Below are positions 57,043 to 64,000 of a stretch of DNA of 64,000 bases, piece by piece. Positions within the stretch are counted from its first letter, which is position 1. Every line of letters starts with the position of its first letter. The DNA comes from Nitrososphaerota archaeon (lineage in GTDB: Archaea > Thermoproteota > Nitrososphaeria_A > Caldarchaeales > Caldarchaeaceae), in assembly GCA_041641305.1 (NCBI GenBank), contig JBEPYN010000002.1, forward strand, positions 160,001-224,000, in the 5' to 3' direction. The translations under genes were made by a program, and so were the position numbers. The notes below the pieces were generated by a model. The model did not search any database, was not told the origin of the DNA, and saw nothing but the letters and a program-made list of their open reading frames with translations.

Positions 57043-58044
57043 TTATTTTGTTTCTTGCAGGTCTTCGATGCCTTTCTCGGTGATTTTGAAGTATGCCTCG
57101 GCTGTGGGCGGGTGGTAGGGGCTGTCGATTATGCGGGCGAGTCGTGTGTTGTTGGCGGCTCTTCTGATGAAGATGCGGTATGTGCTGCTGTGGGCGAGGA
57201 CGTGTCCTCCGCTGGGTTTGTTGGGGTCGCCGAAGAACTGGTCAGGGTTGGCCTGCACCTGATTAGTAACCACGACAGCGATGTTGTGAACCTGAGCCGT
57301 CCTAAGCAGCCTGTGCAACAGGTCGTTCAACCGCTGCTGCCTCTCAGCCAACGTCCCGCGGCCGATAAACTCCGCCCTAAAATGCGAGATAATCGAGTCG
57401 ATTATCACAAGCCGTGCCTTGTATTTCTCCACGTAGCGTCCGAGCTCCTTCACCGTCAGCTGTAGATGGCTCGAGTTGTAGACGCTTGCGAAGATAACGT
57501 TCTCGAGTATTTTCTGTGGGTCGAGACCACGTGCCTCTGCTATCTGGCTTATCCTCTCAGGCCTGAAGGTTGCCTCCGTGTCGATGTAGATGGCCGAGCC
57601 CTCGAGCCCTCCTTGTTCACGGGGTAGCTGAGCCATGACACACAATGTGTGGGAGACCTGTGTTTTTCCGCTGCCGAACTCTCCTATAAGCTCCGTGATG
57701 GCCTGCGTCTCCACACCGCCTCCCAGCATCGCGTCGAGGGCCCGCGAACCCGTGGTAAGCCTCTGCATGGATTTCCGCCTCTCCAAAACCTCTGTCGCGG
57801 GGACAAACTCTTTGTCGAGAAAACCGCTCTCGATGAGGAGCAGACGGGCCTTGAGGCAGAGCTCCTCAGCCTTCTCGGCGCTGATACCCAGCTCGACAAG
57901 CTCCCGTGGAGTGGCTGCCGCGAGGTCGAGAACAGAGGTTATGCCCGCGGAGTTAAGCTTCTCCTCCGTAGCCTTCCCAACACCCTCAATACTCTGCAAA
58001 TCGAAAATATCTATCTCCTTCTCGGCGGAGGATTTCTTGGTCAT
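57043..58044 (-). CDS. radA: DNA repair and recombination protein RadA
   Basis: N-terminal HhH, GEFGSGKTQ, IDTE.TFRPER, FRAEF.GRG.LAERQQ, TNQV; no intein. Confidence 0.96.
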   Translation of the reverse strand: MTKKSSAEKEIDIFDLQSIEGVGKATEEKLNSAGITSVLDLAAATPRELVELGISAEKAEELCLKARLLLIESGFLDKEFVPATEVLERRKSMQRLTTGSRALDAMLGGGVETQAITELIGEFGSGKTQVSHTLCVMAQLPREQGGLEGSAIYIDTEATFRPERISQIAEARGLDPQKILENVIFASVYNSSHLQLTVKELGRYVEKYKARLVIIDSIISHFRAEFIGRGTLAERQQRLNDLLHRLLRTAQVHNIAVVVTNQVQANPDQFFGDPNKPSGGHVLAHSSTYRIFIRRAANNTRLARIIDSPYHPPTAEAYFKITEKGIEDLQETK

Positions 58045-58111
58045 GCGTCTGTTTTCATAGAAGGTGGTCTGGTATAAAAAAGATGGTGCTGGTTTGTGAA
58101 GGGGGAGGGGG

Positions 58112-58738
58112 TCACGGTTTCTCAGCCGTCGCCAGACGGGGGCCGAGTGCTTTCCGGAGCGTTTTCACCAGCCCGTGGCTCAGGGGGACGAGGTAGGCGG
58201 CCGAGATGGCGTTAAAGAGTGCGGTCAAACCTGTTATCAGAAGGGCCACGGCTAGGTCTGTCTCGGCCACGAAACCCACCGCCGAGAGTGCTCTTTTCCC
58301 AAACGGCAGATAAATCTGAGGAAACAGCAGATAATACAGTGCGAAGGTAACGGGAGCCATAACACCAGCCCTAACAAGCACACCGCCAACCGTCGACAAA
58401 ACAACGGCTCCCCGGCCAAGCCTCCTCGCAGCCCAAAGCCCGGCATATACACCGAGAAACATCGCCAAAACAGCTGTAAGCTTCATCAGCTGAGGAATAG
58501 GAGGCGGAGCAAACACGCCTGCGGCGGTTATCACCAAGGCATACCAGTGCGCCAACGCTGTCACAAGCCCGTATTTCCAGCCGAGCAGCAGAAACGACAG
58601 CATGTCCGGTATCTCGGCGAGGTCGAAACGTAGAAAAGGCAAAAGCGGAAAAGGCATGCTCGCAGGAGCCAACCCCATTACATAAGCCAACGCCGCCAAA
58701 GAAGCTGCCAAAGCCAACTTTTGTCTACTGTTCATCAA
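58112..58738 (-). CDS. ECF transporter S-component-like membrane protein
   Basis: FP..PFLRFDLAEIP signature; about 6 TM. Confidence 0.75.
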   Translation of the reverse strand: MMNSRQKLALAASLAALAYVMGLAPASMPFPLLPFLRFDLAEIPDMLSFLLLGWKYGLVTALAHWYALVITAAGVFAPPPIPQLMKLTAVLAMFLGVYAGLWAARRLGRGAVVLSTVGGVLVRAGVMAPVTFALYYLLFPQIYLPFGKRALSAVGFVAETDLAVALLITGLTALFNAISAAYLVPLSHGLVKTLRKALGPRLATAEKP

Positions 58739-58805
58739 GCTATGAAGTTTTTTAGTCTTATATAAATTTGCTTTTAGTAATCGCTATTTTTACTTTTAAG
58801 TCAAA

Positions 58806-59129
58806 CTATTTGCTCGTTGAGGTTATATCTTTTCCAAAAAGCGTTATTTTTCTGAAGAGTTCCGGATGTTTGGGCGCAACCACTCTAGAGCGGCCGACCT
58901 CGTAAATCGTGACTAAACCTGCTTCTTGGAGGGTTTTGACATGCTTGTATGTGATGGCGTAACGTGTTTTGATGAGCCTTGCGATGCCTCTGATGTGTAG
59001 AGGCCGCTGACTGCTGGACACGAGGCTCAGTATCCGTAGACGCACAGGGTTGGAGAGAGCCATGAAAAGCCTGGAAAGCTTCTCAATCTCTTCACTAGGA
59101 ACAACTTGAGCAGCCACACATGAAAGCAT
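58806..59129 (-). CDS. ArsR-type winged-helix regulator
   Basis: F.ALSNPVRL.IL...H...L.EAGLV; divergent from cdc48. Confidence 0.8.
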   Translation of the reverse strand: MLSCVAAQVVPSEEIEKLSRLFMALSNPVRLRILSLVSSSQRPLHIRGIARLIKTRYAITYKHVKTLQEAGLVTIYEVGRSRVVAPKHPELFRKITLFGKDITSTSK

Positions 59130-59269
59130 ATTTACCTACATGTAAACATTTGCATCCCCATCATCAACACTCATCCAAAGGCAGGGTCGGCGGTGACGCG
59201 GCAGAGGTTTGCATGTTTCTTGGGATGTGTTGTGATATTTATATGGTGCATGATGTGTTTTCTTGATGA

Positions 59270-61450
59270 ATGAGCGTTAAGGAGCTGCGGCTTCGTGTAG
59301 CCGAGGCTAAGCAGCGTGATGTAGGATATGGAATCGCCCGTATAGATAGGTCGGTGGGCGCCGAGGCAGGGCTCTCGACAGGTGACATTATCGAGATACG
59401 TGGAAAGAAGCTCACCGCCGCGACAGTTTGGCTGGGCTACATGGAGGATGAGAAGGAGAAGGACATCATCAGGATAGATGGCCACATAAGAAACAACGCA
59501 GGCGTCTCCCTCAACGACTACGTCATAGTGAGAAAAGCGAACGTGAAAGAGGCCCAGCTCGTCGTCCTCGCGCCCTACAACACCTCCATCAAGGCTGATG
59601 AAAATTTCACAAAACTTGTGAAAAGCAGGCTCATAGAATATCCCGTCGTCCACCGCAACATCATCCCCGTACTCTTCTTCGGCAACCTCTTCACATTCGC
59701 AGTTGTGCAGATGAGGCCTACGGGGGTTGCGAAGATAACGCCGAGAACCAAGCTCGTGATACAGAGCAGGGTTGTGCAGGAGAAAACCCTGCGCACAAGC
59801 ATCACATACGAGGACATAGGTGGGCTGCAGGAACAGATACAGCGGGTTAGGGAGATGATTGAGCTTCCGCTCCGCTTCCCCGAGCTGTTCCAGAAGCTCG
59901 GAATAGACCCGCCTAAAGGTGTGCTGCTCTATGGGCCACCTGGCTGCGGAAAAACACTCTTAGCGAAGGCGGTTGCGACCGAGGCGGAGGCAAACTTCAT
60001 CCTCATCAACGGCCCCGAGATAATGAACAAGTACTATGGCGAAACCGAGGCTAGGCTGCGTGAAATCTTCCGCAAAGCCGAGGAAGAGGCGCCCAGCATA
60101 ATCTTCATCGACGAGATTGACGCGATAGCTCCCAAGAGGAGCGAGGTAACGGGCGAGGTTGAGAAGAGAGTTGTGGCCCAGCTGCTTGCGTTGATGGATG
60201 GTTTGGAGGGCCGCGGCTCCGTAATCGTCATCGGTGCAACAAACAGGCCAAACGCGCTCGACCCCGCGCTGAGAAGACCCGGAAGATTCGACAGAGAGAT
60301 TGAGATAGGCATCCCTGACAAGAGAGGCCGCATCGAGATACTTACCATACACACACGTGGAATGCCACTCGCAAAAGACGTTCAAATAGAGAAGCTCGGC
60401 GAAATGACCCGCGGATACACGGGAGCAGACCTTGCGGCACTATGCCGCGAAGCCGCCATGAAAGCTATCAGAAGAATCCTGCCCAGCATAGACTTCTCCA
60501 GCGAAAGAATCTCACCGGAGATTTTGAACAGCCTCGAGGTAACCATGAAAGATTTTCTCGACGCATACAAGGAGATAACGCCGAGTGCTTTGAGAGAGGT
60601 TGAGATTGAGACGCCGACGGTGAGGTGGGAGGACGTCGGGGGGCTTGAGCAGGTGAAGCAGAAGCTAATCGAGATGGTGGAGTGGCCTCTCAAGTATCCG
60701 GAGAAGTTTGAGAAGCTCGGCATCAAACCTCCCAGAGGCGTGCTGCTCTACGGGCCTCCAGGCTGCGGAAAAACACTTCTCGCAAAAGCAGTAGCCACCG
60801 AGAGCGAGGCAAACTTCATCACCATCAAGGGCCCTGAAATATTCTCCAAATGGGTCGGCGAATCAGAGAAAGCCATCCGTGAAATTTTCCGCAAAGCACG
60901 TCAAGCGGCTCCGGCTGTGATTTTCTTCGACGAGATTGAGGCGATAGCTCCGCGGAAAGACTTGGCCGAGGACAGCTCCGGTGTGACCAACCGTGTCGCC
61001 AGCCAGCTGCTCGCCGAAATAGACGGCATAGAGGAGCTTAATGACATCGTTGTCATAGGTGCGACAAACAGGCCCGACATGCTTGACCCCGCGCTCCTGA
61101 GGCCGGGCAGGTTTGACAGGCTTCTCCTTATACCGCCGCCAGACGAAAAAGCGAGGGCCGAAATCTTCTACATCTACACACGTAAAATGCCTCTCGCCGA
61201 CGATGTAAACATCGAGGTCCTCGCCAGCCGCTGCGAAGGATACTCCGGCGCAGACATAGAGTCTGTATGCAAGGAAGCGGCTCTCGCGGCCCTGCGACGC
61301 GACATCAACGCCGACAAAGTTACCAAAAGAGACTTCGAAGAAGCGCTAATGAACGTCAAGCCGAGCATAACTCCGCAGATGATGAAGGAGTATGAGAAAG
61401 TGGGTGACATGCTTAGGTCGTCTGAGAAGCCTCTGATGATGATAGGCTGA
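59270..61450 (+). CDS. cdc48: CDC48/VCP family AAA+ ATPase
   Basis: N-domain plus two AAA modules (GPPGCGKT twice, DEID/DEIE, RPGRFDR). Confidence 0.96.
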   Translation: MSVKELRLRVAEAKQRDVGYGIARIDRSVGAEAGLSTGDIIEIRGKKLTAATVWLGYMEDEKEKDIIRIDGHIRNNAGVSLNDYVIVRKANVKEAQLVVLAPYNTSIKADENFTKLVKSRLIEYPVVHRNIIPVLFFGNLFTFAVVQMRPTGVAKITPRTKLVIQSRVVQEKTLRTSITYEDIGGLQEQIQRVREMIELPLRFPELFQKLGIDPPKGVLLYGPPGCGKTLLAKAVATEAEANFILINGPEIMNKYYGETEARLREIFRKAEEEAPSIIFIDEIDAIAPKRSEVTGEVEKRVVAQLLALMDGLEGRGSVIVIGATNRPNALDPALRRPGRFDREIEIGIPDKRGRIEILTIHTRGMPLAKDVQIEKLGEMTRGYTGADLAALCREAAMKAIRRILPSIDFSSERISPEILNSLEVTMKDFLDAYKEITPSALREVEIETPTVRWEDVGGLEQVKQKLIEMVEWPLKYPEKFEKLGIKPPRGVLLYGPPGCGKTLLAKAVATESEANFITIKGPEIFSKWVGESEKAIREIFRKARQAAPAVIFFDEIEAIAPRKDLAEDSSGVTNRVASQLLAEIDGIEELNDIVVIGATNRPDMLDPALLRPGRFDRLLLIPPPDEKARAEIFYIYTRKMPLADDVNIEVLASRCEGYSGADIESVCKEAALAALRRDINADKVTKRDFEEALMNVKPSITPQMMKEYEKVGDMLRSSEKPLMMIG

Positions 61451-61456
61451 GCATCC

Positions 61457-61675
61457 TTGTCAAAATATGGCGAGGTTCTTGAGACGCTGCGGAGAATGGG
61501 CGGCAAAGCTATGCTGCAGAACCTGTTGGACGAGATGAAGAGGCATCAGTCCAAGCTCTCTACCATGGAGCTGCTACAGATGCTGATGAAGCTGGAGATA
61601 CACGGCAAAGTCCGCGTCTCAACCCTTGATGAGGAGAGGAAAGTCGTCGAGCTACTCGCCGAAGAAAGCGTCTAA
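61457..61675 (+). CDS. Small winged-helix-like protein downstream of cdc48
   Basis: 72 aa, LLQMLMKLEIHGKVRV helix-plus-hairpin pattern; 6 nt after the cdc48 stop. Confidence 0.6.
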   Translation: MSKYGEVLETLRRMGGKAMLQNLLDEMKRHQSKLSTMELLQMLMKLEIHGKVRVSTLDEERKVVELLAEESV

Positions 61676-62686
61676 ACTGCTCGACCGCTTGGACAACGTC
61701 TGCCGCAGCTCAGTCAACGCTTTTCCCACACGCTCCCGTGAAAAATCAAACTCCCCGACAAGAAGCTCCGTCACCATATCCTCTGACGGCTCCCGCCAAT
61801 TCAGCACATAGTCATCAGTCACCTTCGGATGCAGGAAAAGCTGCCTAACAGCCTGTATATCGAACTCGACCTCCACCACACCGGCCTCCACAGCCTTCTC
61901 CAGCGAGCCATACTCCTTCACAATCTTCAACGCCGTCTTAGGGCCAACACCCTTGACCTGCGGAGAATAATCCGTCCCCACCAAAAGACCTATGTCTATC
62001 AGCTGCTCCCTCGTCAACCCAAGTGATGCAAGCAGCTTATCGAGATAGATTATCTCCGGCACCACCTCAACATACTCTTTCCGCCCAGGGAGTTTTCTCC
62101 GCCCCACGATGGAGAGGTTTCTGACAAGACGTGGAGAGCCGAAGAGAAGCGAATCCATGTCTTGGGAGCCGGCGGCGTAGACAGAGCCTTTGGCTGCCAT
62201 GTAAGCCGCCTGGGCCTCACCCTCCGACGGAGCCATCACATAGGGAACGCCCATGGCCCGTAGAAGGTCGGCGGCGCTCTCCACCATGTATTTCTCTAGG
62301 CTCGCGGCACGCTGAGCATAGCGTCGAGCCGCCTCTAAATCTCCCTCGGCCAAAGCCTCCTCATACAGCCTCCCAGCCTCTTCACGAGCGATCGCCCTCT
62401 TCTCAATCGTTCGGTACTTTTCCTCTGGGGGCCTACCGTCGAAAACATAGACGGGCAGCAGCCCCTCTTCAAGAAAGTTGATGGTTCTGAAGAAGAGGCC
62501 GCTCAAGTGGCTTGTAACCCTGCCTCGTCTATCCATCAGAGGCCTTCCATCGGGGCCACGGATGGTTGCGAGAAACTGGTAGAGAATGTTGTATGCGTCA
62601 AACGCGATGGCCTTACCCGACAACCTCTTCAAAGAAGTCTGCTCAACAGCCTCACTCGGAATGATGTCCCCAATCTTTACACCCAT
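61652..62686 (-). CDS. fen: Flap endonuclease 1
   Basis: MGV, DAYN.LYQFL..IR, VFDG.PP..K, APSEGEAQ, SQD.D.LLFG, GTDY, C-terminal PIP-like SLDAFF. Confidence 0.96.
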   Translation of the reverse strand: MGVKIGDIIPSEAVEQTSLKRLSGKAIAFDAYNILYQFLATIRGPDGRPLMDRRGRVTSHLSGLFFRTINFLEEGLLPVYVFDGRPPEEKYRTIEKRAIAREEAGRLYEEALAEGDLEAARRYAQRAASLEKYMVESAADLLRAMGVPYVMAPSEGEAQAAYMAAKGSVYAAGSQDMDSLLFGSPRLVRNLSIVGRRKLPGRKEYVEVVPEIIYLDKLLASLGLTREQLIDIGLLVGTDYSPQVKGVGPKTALKIVKEYGSLEKAVEAGVVEVEFDIQAVRQLFLHPKVTDDYVLNWREPSEDMVTELLVGEFDFSRERVGKALTELRQTLSKRSSSLDAFFGE

Positions 62687-62752
62687 CCCAGATAAACCAT
62701 TTCACAGATGATTGATAAACATAAATGAGACAGATAATCAACTAATCTGGTC

Positions 62753-63706
62753 ATGCGGGTTATTGTATACGCGGCGATACTTTTCCTAGTTGGATTAGGA
62801 TTGTTAAACGCTGCACAGACGCAGTCAGTCATCACCACAACAACCACGAGAGTTGTGACGATCAGTCCCACAACATACACAACGGTGATAACAGTCTCAG
62901 CCACAACAATTGTAGTGACCGTGGAAATTCCCGGCTACACAGTGTATGTCGCGGTCTATGAGCCAGACCAGACACGCACAATCACATTCACGGCACAGAG
63001 CCCGCCCAGCGTGGTCACAATCGCGTTCCCCGGAACAACGATAGCTTTTCCCGGCACAACATTCACCACTGTAGTCAACACACAGTCATACGCCACGACA
63101 AGGGTCTATGAAAGTGGTGGAACAATTGTCACCCGAACAGGATACGATATAGTAGAAGTTGCCACAATGGGTTTCACCGTGACTGTGCCAGCCTACGGAG
63201 TATTTGTAGAGAGATGCGGCACCATAACGATTACTGAAATTCTTACGTATGTTCTCGAATCTGTGCCCGCTACCATGAGACTTGGGATACAGGGTCTCAC
63301 GACAACAATACAGGGGACCACGACAACCTTCACTATACAGGGAGATATTCCGACCATTGATATGACAACAACCTACACAGAGGTGAGAAGCGGCACAACA
63401 TACACCGAGACAGAGACGCACACCGGAACCACATTCGCCACCACAGAGACTATCTCACAGACCGCAACCACGCAAACAATCGTCAGGCCCGGAACAACAA
63501 TCACCGAAACAATCACAACAGTGATAACTCTTCAGCAACAGACCACGCCAACACAAACAACAACGGTCCAGCAAACAACGCCACAGACAACAACGGCTCA
63601 AACACAGGCCCAAACAGGGCTGTCGGCAGCGGATATAGTGATACCGGTCGCGATAATAGTGGTTCTGCTGGCGGTTGTGGTTTTCGCTTTAAGACTCCGT
63701 CGATGA
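62753..63706 (+). CDS. Thr-rich cell-surface protein with signal peptide and C-terminal TM anchor
   Basis: Hydrophobic N-terminus, very high Thr content, TIAFPGT repeat, C-terminal TM followed by RLRR. Confidence 0.8.
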   Translation: MRVIVYAAILFLVGLGLLNAAQTQSVITTTTTRVVTISPTTYTTVITVSATTIVVTVEIPGYTVYVAVYEPDQTRTITFTAQSPPSVVTIAFPGTTIAFPGTTFTTVVNTQSYATTRVYESGGTIVTRTGYDIVEVATMGFTVTVPAYGVFVERCGTITITEILTYVLESVPATMRLGIQGLTTTIQGTTTTFTIQGDIPTIDMTTTYTEVRSGTTYTETETHTGTTFATTETISQTATTQTIVRPGTTITETITTVITLQQQTTPTQTTTVQQTTPQTTTAQTQAQTGLSAADIVIPVAIIVVLLAVVVFALRLRR

Positions 63707-63949
63707 GAGCTCCGCGGCCTGTGTCGCCTCTTCCTCCGCAGCCGCTGCCTGCTGCTTCTTCAGCTCAAGCTTCTTCAACGTCACCAAATAGCCGGCGATA
63801 CGGTTGGACAGCTTCTTCGAGAAACGCCCCTCCAAAACCTCTCTAACCAGCTTCTTGTTCTCCTCGAAGCTTGTAGAGACACGGTCGCCGTAGAGCTCGT
63901 TCACCGTCTTGGCCAAGGTCTTCACCTTACGCGTCCTAACCTTACCCAG
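63689..63949 (-). CDS. rps17e: 30S ribosomal protein S17e
   Basis: GKVRTRKVK.LAK...FEENK..V...SKKL.NRIAGYLV; start probably CTG 63949 (ORF track uses GTG 63973). Confidence 0.92.
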   Translation of the reverse strand: MGKVRTRKVKTLAKTVNELYGDRVSTSFEENKKLVREVLEGRFSKKLSNRIAGYLVTLKKLELKKQQAAAAEEEATQAAELSSTES

Positions 63950-64000
63950 AACAGCTTCACCTAAACCACCCACAGCAAATCCGGCGATTTAAAGCTAAAG

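Noticed and set aside
59130-59269. Possible C/D-box or structured RNA in the regulator/cdc48 gap
   Set aside because: TGATGA-like words and a weak hairpin are present, but there is no properly spaced CTGA D box; explained as a divergent promoter region.
57043-61450. Inteins in RadA or Cdc48
   Set aside because: Both proteins are of normal length with contiguous motifs and no splice-junction signatures.

Overview
Gene-dense 64 kb window from a thermophilic archaeon of the TACK group, most likely Caldiarchaeum/Aigarchaeota-like. The basis is a eukaryote-type topoisomerase IB, arcadin-1, SmAP3, RadA, FEN1, Cdc48, Top6B, S17e and frequent TTG starts. Layout: 1-14.6 kb is an amine/polyamine uptake and catabolism cluster (PotABCD, four class III aminotransferases, two saccharopine-dehydrogenase-fold enzymes, an M20 hydrolase and an orphan Mo-hydroxylase large subunit). 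15-36 kb is mostly housekeeping plus a DsrE-TusA-SQR-ArsR sulfur module. 37-45 kb holds branched-chain amino acid genes interrupted by a small accessory insert. 45-51.6 kb is a defence island. 51.6-64 kb is housekeeping. The best leads are: (i) a two-gene unit pairing a Type IIG-like restriction-methyltransferase (with an Ig-like tail) and a protease-less BrxL ATPase, with no other BREX genes in the window and an extreme G/T-to-A/C strand composition switch; (ii) a putative Leu-Leu-Leu leader peptide with alternative pairings upstream of leuA-ilvBN, resembling an attenuator in an archaeon; (iii) a possible undescribed polyamine degradation route. No tRNA, rRNA or CRISPR array was recognised. 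All assignments come from reading motifs by eye; no searches were run.
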